Assembly: GCF_964204645.1 (NCBI RefSeq) | Contig: NC_134031.1 | Location: 15,363,807-15,427,806, forward strand | Origin: Tubulanus polymorphus | Taxonomy: Eukaryota > Animalia > Nemertea | Length of the DNA stretch: 64,000 nt | Reading direction: 5' to 3' | Part shown: positions 26,773-38,569 of the stretch, in pieces | How the letters are laid out: the number at the start of each line of letters is the position of its first letter | Numbering within the stretch: the stretch's first letter is position 1 | Notes under the pieces: model-generated | What the model saw: only the letters and a program-made list of their open reading frames with translations | Told to the model about the DNA's origin: nothing | Databases searched by the model: none | Position numbers and translations under genes: made by a program

Positions 26773-29700
26773 ATGTCTGCTTCGCTCGAAAACATCCGAC
26801 TATCGAGTAGTTTAGAAGATCTTAAAAGTTTGCAATTTTATCAAGCGCTGTTGGCCGAATTTTTCGGCACGATGCTATTTCTGGTAGTTGGAGTGACCTC
26901 GACGTTAACCTGGCCCGGAGCGCCAGCTCCCGTAACGCCGGGCATAGCAGCGGCTTTCGGACTCGGACTGGGCACTGTTGTTTGGATTACGGCCGGAAAA
27001 AGCGGAGGCCACATCAACCCGGCCGTTACTCTGGGGATGTTAGTTGCGAGGAAAATCAGCGCAATTAGGTAACACTTGTGAATTTAATAGTTGAATTTAA
27101 TTAATGATGTCCAATATTTTCCGAATAAAAAAGATATGATCAGAATTTTGATTGCGTAGGCACCAAGCTTTTAGCCATGTAAAACCTGATAAGTATAGTA
27201 AGATAAAAACCCACTATCTACAAATTAAAAGAATTTAAAAACAAGAAATATATTTATTCGAACAATCTAAAATATATAAAATACACGACGTTTCGATCTC
27301 ACTCTAGAGATCATCGTCAGATGTAGGGTGAGATCGAAACGTCGTGTATTTTTTTATATTTCAGATTGTTCGAATAAATAAATTTCTTGTTTTTGAATTC
27401 TTTTAATTTGTAGATAGTGGGTTTTTTTTTAAATCTTATTATCCGTTCACCACGTTTGAGTGTGGTTGGTTATCGTTCTCTGATAAGTGTAGATTTGTGA
27501 GAAATCGAACCGTACCTGACACCATGACTTTTTTCTATTCTTTATCGGGAAAACCCTGTGCGCATAATTATGATCGTAATGCGATACATTGTATAATATG
27601 CTCAACTTCCTCAGCTTCGTTTTCATATGATGGTATCGACATTTGCAAATCGCTAGTACCATCTCGGTTGCACGGCACAATTAGTCCTCGAGCAGCAATC
27701 ATAAAATGTAGAGCAAAATTAACTTATATATTGGAAATGACGAATGTTTTTTTTTCTATTCAAGGTTTTTCTTGTACTTGGTTGCTCAGTGTTGTGGTGC
27801 TATTGTGGGAGCTCTTTTGGTCAAGGGTGTAACCCCTACAAGTGTTGGTGGAAGCTTCGGCGCCACAGTCGTATCAAAGGTCTCTAAACTACGAAGTCTT
27901 TTTGTATTTCTTTCTTTATTATGATATTTTGGATCAAAATTCATTAAAGATACCGAAATATTATACTCAAGGGCCCTACATGTATTTTCGTTACATCTTC
28001 AGGGCCGGCAAGGGGGCAGTTCCTCCCATTAATTTTGGAAAAGTGCGCTTTTTTGCGAATATCCTATATATGTTATATCCTATAGAACTGCCCTTTTACG
28101 GGTTTCTCTGCCCCCCCCCTAAAATTCAAATGTTAGGTACGGCCCTGATCTTTCGTAAATTTTTTTTTAAGGATCTTCAATCGTGGCAAGGATTGATTGT
28201 TGAACTGGTGTTAACCGTGGTGCTTGTAACGACGGTATTCGCGTCGACTGATAACGCCAGGAAGGATCTGAGCGGTTCGGGACCGTTGGCGATCGGCATT
28301 TCATTATTCGTTTGCGTAATCGGCGGGGTACGTGCACAATGTAGTGTCGTTGAAACAGATTTCAAGTTGATATCAATTTTTCATCTCCTCTCGTATCGTA
28401 TCCGTTCTATAAAATATGCATCGTGTACAATAACTCGATATATTGAAGATACAAACAGCCCGTTTACCAGCACAATCGCATGGTATTGTTTGTAATCTGC
28501 TAAGAGTTCCTACTCGTTAGAATTGATAAATTAACTGTAAAATATAAAGATTATTAAATAGATAATGAACTTTGTGCTGTTCACTCACAGCACGAAAAAT
28601 CTCCGTTTCAGCCAGTACTTCCTTTTCATACGTACGTTACTCCCAGTGGTTTTTCTATGTTGGTTATCAGGTTATCCGGATTTGCGATATGAAATCTCAG
28701 GGGTGGGATTTAGGGAGTGGTCTCAGGGGTACCGTACGGACCCCTGCCTTCCCATTGAAATTGCCCTTTTCGTCATGACAACAATTGTTAAAGCCTGCAA
28801 ATTCGAAACTCATCGTTTCGCGGGAAAATTGCCCATTTTCGGATATATTTCTTAGACATGGCTACTTTAACTGAAAAACGCCTTTTCTTTTCTTCTGGGC
28901 CCCAGCTTCCCAAAGTTCCTAGATCCGCCCCCGCATCTTAACGATATCTTTTACCATCATTTACGAGTCTCAAGTTACAGACCAACTCATGTAACAAGTT
29001 GGCCCCTTTAGCCTGTTGATCCATCATATTGTTTATTGGATTTCATAGTTTCCCTGTATATTCTAGTACTTAGGCTAAGAATCAATATATATATACCTTA
29101 TTTCTCGTTTCTGCTGAGCTTAGAGTTGACTCGGCCAGCCGCCTAATACCCTGGGGCCGGTTTTATAGATAGGTATTAACTTCAAACCGGGGGCTAACTC
29201 AATTAATTTTCTCTCATCACTCTTTAAAATCTTGATCAAGCTAACTGAAACCGACCCGGTAGCTAAAGCAATGAACTTTTAGTAATATTTTTTTCCACAC
29301 CAACTCAATGCGTAAACTCCAAAGCAAGCATCACGTACATCAATTTACCGCATTTTTCGACCATCGATTTTACCTTTGCTTTTCCGTTTCTAGCCGTGAA
29401 ACATCTCCTCACATACTTTTTCCACGTGAATCCATATTTCATGGATCATAAAAAGCTGCGTTGAAATATCCAATAATTGTTTACCGGGAATACTCGAAAA
29501 ACCACTAGTAACTAGCGTTTTGACGGGTAATTTGTGTTATGTCGTCAATTCAGGTAAACTAAACATCGATTTTTTTTCTCAAACTTGCGTGTCTAGGCGT
29601 CATACACAGGGCCAAGTCTGAATCCGGCTAGGACTCTTGGGTCGGCTGTTGCGGGAAACGTTTGGAAAACACATTGGGTAAGGATCAAATTCCTCGGCGG

Positions 29701-30216
29701 CAAAACATATATACATACATTCTATACCTTTGCATCCCTTGTTCAGTTATATAGTGCTAGATTCTCGGAAAATCCTGCTTCTTTGAAATATCATAATGGG
29801 TTTCACATAATTAGCTTAATAAAAAATTCGAATTTCCGGCTTAATGTAATTAACTATATTCATCAACCTGGTCGATGAAGCTACTATACGCGGCAGCGAA
29901 AGCTCGTGCGCCAAATAAAATAACCTACAATACTCCACCTACAATACTCATCTACGAATCTTCTACATAATGGGTTGAAATTAAGAATTGATTTGAAAGG
30001 ATTTTAATCAAGAAAGGTTATTTCATATTCCAGGTGTATTGGATCGGACCGATGTTGGCGGGTGCGGCGTCCGCGTTGTTCTGGGAATTTACAATCGCCG
30101 CCAATGCGTGTCCGTTGCGGATAAAATCATGGATCGTCGACGTGGACTACGATCCGGACCGACCAGCCGATCAATACGGCGAATATATCGTACCAGCACT
30201 ATCTGATCAGAACTAG
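26773..30216 (+). CDS. Aquaporin (AQP4-like MIP channel), ~276 aa, 5 exons
   Basis: Exons 26773-27068, 27765-27879, 28172-28327, 29597-29677 and 30034-30216. Motifs AEFFGT, SGGHINPAVT, YLVAQCCGA, GPSLNPAR and HWVYWIGP. The exon 2 donor (GTCTCT) is weak. Confidence 0.92.
27205..27426. repeat. Near-perfect ~100 bp-arm palindrome (Penelope-like inverted end) in aquaporin intron 1
   Basis: 27205-27302 is the reverse complement of 27328-27426. Confidence 0.85.
27282..27325 (-). ncRNA. Minimal hammerhead-ribozyme-like motif
   Basis: Minus strand: TACAT-CTGACGA-T-GATCTC(tagagt)GAGATC-GAAA-CG-TC-GTGTA. Confidence 0.6.
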
Positions 30217-31279
30217 TCGCGCGAATTGTCCTCGTTTCTTATATCTAATGGACAATTTGCGTGATGAACTTGACGCTTGCCTCGAAACTTAGAAGATATT
30301 CACTCTTAAGTAGTCTCGAGGATCTTTACTGGTCGTATTTATCTAAATTATGTATCAACGGATGTAAAAAACCTGGCGCACCTAGCAATCGATAATAATG
30401 AATTTGTTAGAAATAAATGTTATGTATTCATCATCTATCAAATAGGTTCAATGTGTCGAAATATTGAATCGTTAACAGTTGCGTCGTCATATTACTTTGA
30501 GGTTATGCAGCTTTTTCGATCACGATACCGTGATGAGAGGTTTACGTCATGACACATCCCCAAAATCTTTAAATAGGCCGATTTTGTTACGTCTCTGAAA
30601 CTGACGGTTAAGCAAACTACACCGTTACGTATAGACGACCAACATTCTCAACGGCCTTGTTTGCAAGCAAGCTCGTTTCTAGCAATCTATTTAGCAAGAC
30701 GGACGCCATTTTAAATGGCTCTATTGATGCATCTCTCACGAACTGAGTCCTCTATGAATAGGAGCGGCGGTGATGAATGCGTATAGTTAGATCAGTAAAC
30801 CTCACCACGTGGCTGCAAAGCGCCAGAAACTGTTTCCTCTACCGAATCACTCACTCCGACATGTTGACATTTATCGGTCTATTACGTAGGTTTGCGCTTC
30901 TAGATATAATACTGTTTATTGTGCGCCAAGGTCGTCTATCTTAATAGCAGACACTGGAGATCCATTCGCTTTTAAGATCTTCAACGAGCTTGAGCAAGCG
31001 ATCTTAATTTAACTGGAATGATAATTCATAAACTGTGTCATTTTATTTTCTAAAATGGAAGGCGTCGCTTTATTCAAATCGTACGAGTGTGCGAATAGTC
31101 AGGCGTGGAATTAAAAAAAAATGAAGGGAATAACATTGAGATAAAACTGATATAATGACAAACATTCGTTCTCGATTATTCTGCTGAATTTTCTCACAAC
31201 CGGACGCTTCGTGGATGGTGGTTATTTCGTAGAGGTCTCTTATCGCTTAACCATGGCGAACAAATCTTCCGAGCTGAAA

Positions 31280-34200
31280 CTACACAAGTGTCGGAGGTAC
31301 AACTTCCACCAAGCCATTCAATCGTTTTAAACCGTTCAGTCTTTCGGTTGTTGACGTATCCAATTGTCTGTCGTCTTTCCCTTTCAGCCAGTACGTCATA
31401 ACACTATTCTTCCCCTGAAGAAAAAAACGCGAGGCCTTGGCTAGTATTGCTAATCGTGATTAGATAGAAAGATAAAGCAGAAAAAATATACCAAGGTTTC
31501 ACTCTTTATCACAAATAAATTAGACATACTGGTACGGTGTTAGTAAGAGTAATTCTTTTGTGACAACGTTCGCTAATGAAACGTTTGGTACCTCGTTAAT
31601 GGTACATACACAATACATCACCAATAATGAGGCAATAGATCCGTTCGTCCTCGTATCAATTTTCAAACAAAAGGGAATCACGGAATTACCGCCTTTTTGT
31701 TTGAAAGCACATTCATTTGGGCTCTATTGATTCCACGGAACAATACATGTTTTTGCGGTTTCGATTCGTCATTTCTTTTAAAGAGTGGAATCGTTTTAAA
31801 AGTCTGTATTAACTGTGTGGTTACTTTTATTCAAAATAAAAACTCAATGGCATGTGTGTGCTAATTTTCATGTTGCATCGCGGTGCGCAATTGATTGGGA
31901 ACGAAAAATCAGTGTCAGAGGCCGAAGCGATGTAGATGATCCATAAAGAAAAATTGATCATACCTTCAAGAAAACCTCTCCTCTCGGTTCGAACATATAG
32001 CGTCCGATGTTGCAGAGAATTCTGTGCACGGTTTCGGACACTTGGATACAGTTCGTCTGCGACGTGTACATCAGTGTCAAGGCCGTATTCACCGTGTCGC
32101 CGAACACGCAGAAGTTGCCGGTGCAAGTTTCGCCGAGCATACCGGTCACCACAGCACCGCAGTGAAATCCGCAACGAAAGCTAACCGGCGCGGAAGACAA
32201 CGGCGAATCACCGGTCGGTAGTTTGTAGTTGAGGCACGCGTCGACGAGTTCCAGAATAAGGCAAGCGATTCGATTCACGTGCTTTTTACCGATACGTTTC
32301 GTCAGCCCGGACATGCAGACGACCGTGTCGCCGAACATCTGCAGCTGATAGATGTCCGGCTTTTTCTTCACGATATCGTTTAGTGTTTGGAATAGATTCG
32401 ACAACACGGTCAGCGTTTCGTGACATTTCGACGGGTCGTTCATCACAGAAGTTAGATTGTTTAATTCGAGCGCCATAACGGCTACTGATCGGTGTTCCTG
32501 CGGATCGACGGCAAACCCGTCAGTGATCCGTTTCACGATATCTCGCGGCAGTGAATTACAGAACATCCTTTGTATGCTCATTTTGCTAGCTTCGATTTCT
32601 GTCGTTTTCTCTTCGACTTTATCCTCTAATAACGACGTGTACAATTCCATCTCTTCCATCATTGAATCGAGCATGTTCTTTTTCGTGGGGTTCGCGTGTT
32701 TGATCATTTTCGCCATTTGGTCGAAGCTCGGACGTGTCGCGGGATCGTCCGCCCAAGCTATCTCCATCAGTTGTTTGACCTGTATCGGTGTATCGTCATC
32801 GGGTTCGGGTCGTAGGTTATTGTTCACGATTGCTTTTAGTACGTCATCGGCGTTCATCGTATCGGCGTGTTCGATATACGGATCATTCCTGCTGAATATC
32901 TCGTATAGGATTATCCCGAAACTATACACGTCAAGCGACGACAAAGGCACGATGTCATAACCAGCTCGTATCGCCTCAGGAGCCGTCCAGAATTCGCGAA
33001 ACGCAGCTTCGTGTTTTCCAATATCATCGGCGGACGCTCGTATCGCCAATAGAGGGCTCCGTTTTCGTTTCGATTTTATGGTCGAGTATATTTGTACGTA
33101 TTCCCAATCGGCAACTCGCACGGTCCAATGGGAATCGACCAGACAACAGGCCGACTTTAGATTTCCGTGCACGATATTGTGTCCGTGCAAGAATGCCATG
33201 CCCATCACGATATCGGACGTTAACGAAAACTTTATGTCTAGGTTTAAATTGAACTTTTCATCTCGTAGGATTTCTAGAATTTGTCCCTTCGAACAGTAAT
33301 CACTGACGACGTAATGGTCGTTTTCGATTTTGGCCAGTCCGTAGAATCGCAGCACGTTCATGTGATTTATCGAATCGCGCATGTTCAATAACAGTCGTTT
33401 CGTCGCCGTCTGCATCGGTTCAAGGTCGGATAGTTCGATTAGCCGAAATCCAATCGTGTAACTCTTCCATTTGCCCGGCCATTGTAAAACCTCGCGGATC
33501 TTTTCGGTGCTGCATTCGACCATTTCTTGAAAGCTCTCCGAATCGCCGATGGAACTGAACGATTTAAGAGATTTTCCCGAACGGCTGCCCATCTTACGCA
33601 CCGTCGGCGAATAGTAGAACAGCACCTCTTCGATGGGTATGTCCCATTCGTTACTGTTTATCATCTTCCAAACTTTGTAGCGCTGAAACACGATATAGCC
33701 GACCAGGCTGAATATGACGACGAACGTCAGCGGGATGAACACGGCTACCGGGATGACCCACGTTTCGGCTACGTAATCTTCTTCTTCCTTTTGCGTTAAC
33801 ATAAGCCGATAAACGTTTTCCCCGCGGCACGAAATATTCTTGAGAATCTTTTGTATGATTCTTTCCGCGATACGAGGACTCATCGCCGTCATGTTGTGAG
33901 CGATGCAAACATCTTTGGCGACGTCGTCCACCAGGAACCATTCGATGAATCTGACCAGTTCGGTGATTATCTCGCAGGCGTCGTAGCCTTTTTTATGAAT
34001 GAGGAAGTACGTATAGCTGGATATCGGATACGAGTGAGCTCCCGGTGGGTCGACTATATACACGTTTAGGTTACTATCGAAATCGTCCATGAAATCGTCC
34101 ATAGCATTCTGTACCTCGGTCGGGCCGCTTTCAATGAAGTTTCCCGCCTTGTTACCGATGGCGGCCGTGCTTATGCCGGCCTCTTTTGCGTCCGATGGCG

Positions 34201-37200
34201 ACAGATACCCGATCGTGTACCTGATTGACATCAGTATACCGGAAACTCCGCGCGTCCGATGTCCGTATTGGTATATGACGCGTTTCTCCCAGTGTATCGG
34301 CTCCCACGTCGTTTCGTTCAGTCCTTGCGAGAACGAACCTTTCGTCCGCTTCCACGCCTGGCTAAACGAACCCAGCGCTCGCGTGAAGGTCGATGTCGTG
34401 CCGGACTTATCGGCGCGAACGACGACCAAAATCTTCTCGTCGGGCAACGTGAAATTCGGATTCGTTCGCTGTAACGACGCGTGGTTCCAGTTCAAAATAG
34501 TCCCGTTGAATATTCCGACTATTTGATCGCGATTCAAGCGTAATTTTTGGCCCTTCGGAATTCCTGGCAAGTTGTATCCCAAAACGATGGCTCTGAAAAA
34601 GACGGAAAGATCGTTTTTAAGGGTTATTGAGAAGATATTTCGCGCGTCATCGCCGACAGCCGCACGAGAATGACTTTACAATACCAATTACGACGTGTTA
34701 AAACTGAAAACCGCACAAAAGCTATGAAAAAGTGAAGCAGGTGCCTTTGTAACGATCGTATGTTTTACATTTATTTTTTTAATCGGAACAAAAGGTGATT
34801 CGCCACGTTCAGTAAACGCTGAAACAACCATCGATCACCATACTAACGCCGTTACGTTGAATTTTATAGGATTTCGCAACGACGCGCCAGCTAATTAATT
34901 ATGCCGGTTTCATACACCGGCAACTGTGTTCATTCAATAATCGACGTACGCTCTAACGCCAGAGTAGGTAACGCTGCTGAAAAACACTGCATTAAACTAT
35001 ATGATTTACGCAGTTGGAACGATATAAATAAAATGTCCAACTGTGTCGTTTCACCTGCTTACATATAAGTCAAAATGAATTGGACAATAGCTATAGTGTA
35101 CAGATGTTATTGATCCGAGAACTTGAAAGACGGACTCAATATTTCTAAGAGGATTTTATTGCATTGTATTAAATTAGGTCCATGGTTTTATTGACAAACG
35201 GTGTGTATAATGAACATTGAATTTTTTTCGAATTTAGAATCTAAACGAAGTTGAAACGATTTTATCAGCGGCTTTGCTCGATCGAAAAGTTCGTCGATGT
35301 TTAAAGCTGTCTACCTATTTATGGTTGTATTTCTGACCCGTACCGACTGCTGTCTCATTAGAGAATGTGGCCTTCGCCCGGCGCAGTTCTGGCTCATATC
35401 GGTGTGTACTGAAATATATCCCCCTTACGACGATGCTTATTGGAAACACGAGAAACGTGTTGTTTGCGAAAAGTGATCTATCACTAATAGGCTGGATAAA
35501 ACACGTCATGTTGTCAGCAGGGGTGGCACAATTTCCACTATTTCCACTGCCTTTCAAGTGCCGCGTCGTCAGTGCTTTTCATCTGCAAAAAAGTGATATT
35601 AATAGAATGTCCTTTGACATCCCGTTGTTTTTTTTCAAGTATTTTTTCACAGTTTTTAGCCGATTGTATTTTACAGCGAAATAAAAATGATTGCACGCGT
35701 GCGTGAAGGCGAGCATCAATCGGCGAGGGATGACTTGCAACAGCAGACGGTCTCATTCGATGAAATTAAGTAGTTCTTAGATCAGCGAATGACAAGAAAA
35801 TATAATACCCCTCATTATCAGTATAGTTTTCCAAGTTCAACGTAGTTGAGGTTTAGTCTAAGCCTGATGAATTATAGAGACAGGACCTGCGGGTTTGCAA
35901 TCTAATTCCATCGTCAGTTAATACGGGAATTATGGTTACTTTGCTGAGACAAATTTATCTTTAAGGATTACACTGATTTTAAACATTTCTTGCTGGGTAG
36001 TCATGTAATGGCTTCTCCAACTGCCTCGTTTCACATCTAGGGGCCAGTTTCTTTTGGCGTTTTCCTGCGTAAGCCTTTAAAATCTATAAAACAGGCCCTG
36101 GGGCTGGTTTCGCTAATCAGACGACAACAATCTTTCCATTTTCCAAGAATGAGAGAGCATATAAAGCCATCAACTTAGATAATCAAAGTATAAATCGTTA
36201 TTTCCGCGCATGAGTCATATTTTCGAACTTATCGATCGGATCAGGCTATTAACGGTCGAAAATGAATTCAATTGATTTAACTCGAAACAGTGGCGGGAAT
36301 TGCAGACACCGAAATCTACGTATACCATTCGCATACGCGATCATAAAAAGAGAACTAATCTAAACCAGGTAAACCGAAATACGTCAAATGCATGCAACTA
36401 GCAATTAGTTCGTTCGCTCGATTTGTGCTAATGATTGATGGATGGAAATCACCCCACATACACACGTATACTCACTACATACGAACGGTAATACATAGAA
36501 TATTTGAATTATTCATTAGGCCCATATAATAATATATTTCAATACTATGACGATGACTAATAAATTAGTATCGCGCATGTCATTCGGCAGATTTTTAGCC
36601 TGAATACGGAGTTGTTATATCACCGCCGCATCAGTCGGCGCCGCTTTACTAATTATAACGTTGTTGGTTAAACTCACTCAAACGCCGGAACTTTGCTTGT
36701 TGAACGAGTCGTATTACGCATAAACAGCGGAATCAAACCGATGGAATTAATAACGTCAATTTCGACTAATTGATTTTTCGAGAGAGAGAGAGCGAGAGTT
36801 TGTCTGCCCCAGCCCTATACCGAACTGGGCGTTAAGAGTTTAATTTTTTTGTGTTTGCTGTGCAATTGAGAAGTTGTGGAAATGAATGATTAATTCTGAA
36901 TTGCGACGGTGAACAATTTCCAGCCATCGCCTGCATGATGGCCCAAGTTCAAGTTCAAGTTTGAATTTATTTCATGGAAAGCATATGAAAGGCTCTATAC
37001 AGAGAATAAAGGAAAGACAAAACAAACAGCAATAAAATTTACCATTTGTCCAACAAGCGCAATTATAAAAAGAAGCCGAGAAAGGAAAGTAGCTATCTGT
37101 GTGGGCCAAGTAAAGCCTTAAGGGGCCGCAGCCTTCCTCATCCCTGTAAGTATCAAAGTCGTAACAACAGGTTCCTAACCCGGGCCTTGAGAGTTAGCCT

Positions 37201-38569
37201 TCTCCGGGTGAAGTACTCGAGAAGTGTTGGAATGAATGATTATGTCACGAAGGTGAATTTCTTTTTTAATAGAATGCATGACGTTATTCAACAAAGAATA
37301 GGCCTAATGATATTGAAGGTTTGCTTACTAGGGATAATGCATTTAGATTGATAGCAACAGAGTTATAGGCTGGGGGTAATAATACCAAATTGGCGCGCAT
37401 CTGAACCCACTCAGGTTAGGATCCCGCGCTATATAAATGTCAATCATTATTATTATTATATGATAGCAACACCGAAAGGATGATTGTAAACATAAGGTCA
37501 TGTACATTATTGACATTTAGATACACAGTAAGATTAAGAGAACACGAGAAAACTAGAGTTCAAAACCAAGAAAACGACGGTGAGCGAGTTTCGGCGATAC
37601 GTTCCGGAAATTAGTTGCCTGAACAGGTAAAGAAATTGTACGACTGACTGTTGATCCCGGTGCGTCTTCAAATCGATACAGAGCTACAGGAATCATGAAG
37701 TAAAAACCAATAGTTGATATAGAGAGTTTAGTTTCCATCAGTTTCGGGGTTTATCTAAACCCCCATCAGAAAGTAGAACGATAGACTTTTTATACCAACT
37801 GTAAGACTTTACTTGTTAACTCTAGGTCATACGGATCAGAAACTTTGTAACACAACAAATCATTCGAGTGAAAATCCAACGAGTTCGGATGGGTAATCCG
37901 TATAGATGAAATCGTTAACGACAAACTCCAGGGAACCGGGCCCACACCCCAGATTATCGCCACAAGACAAGACCATTTACGTGTTGATACCGGTTTAGAT
38001 TCGAGCCCAATTTTAAAACTCTAGATTAACGAAGAACTGAACCAAACAAGTCACAACACCACTACAGGCAACACAATTACGAGAGAAATCCCACAATAAA
38101 TTCAGTTAAAAACGAAAAGCTCTGTATTAAAATGATTATATTTCGAGCAACGTTTCCGCTAAATGCCATTAGCCATCATCAGGCGTACTGATGGAAAATT
38201 CACCTTTATTGGCGGTCATGCTATTATGGAGTACGATACTTACCCTGCCATAGCCGGTATCTCTAGAATTTCAGATTTCTCAGCTAGATTCCTGTCATCC
38301 AGTCCGTTGTCGGACCCGGCAAAATCGACCTTAGAAGCTCGAATATCTCTGACGCCTGCCGACGATCCTTTAACTGTGTAACTCATGAGCAGGTCGATGT
38401 GCTTACTGCGATACAACTTGTATTGTTCGATCCAGGAACTGTAAACCTCGGCCGGGAACGAAGCCCCGGAACCCGCGATGGACACGACCGGTCTAGTTTC
38501 CGGCAATACTCGGCAAGGAAATAAAGATAGAAAAACAATAAGTCCGGTAGTTACCGATGCGTTCCTCAT
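31280..38569 (-). CDS. Receptor guanylyl-cyclase-like protein with a PstS (phosphate-binding protein) ectodomain, 1029 aa, 3 exons
   Basis: Exons 38569-38244, 34592-31964 and 31414-31280 (3090 nt, GT-AG, in frame). Signal peptide; PstS motifs GSGASFP, GSSAG, VDFAGSD, NP...LP...I.VV.RADKSGTT, IGY, YPISSYTYFLI; TM WVIPVAVFIPLTFVVIFSLVGYIVF; kinase-homology domain (HGNLKS, WTAPE, DVYSFGII, RPSF); cyclase domain (FGDTVNTA, RGEV.LKGK..TYWL). Confidence 0.92.

Noticed and set aside
31280-38569. Bacterial contamination or a pst operon
   Set aside because: PstS is split by a spliceosomal intron and fused in frame to animal-type KHD/GC domains. There are no pstCAB/phoU genes, and the neighbours are animal genes.
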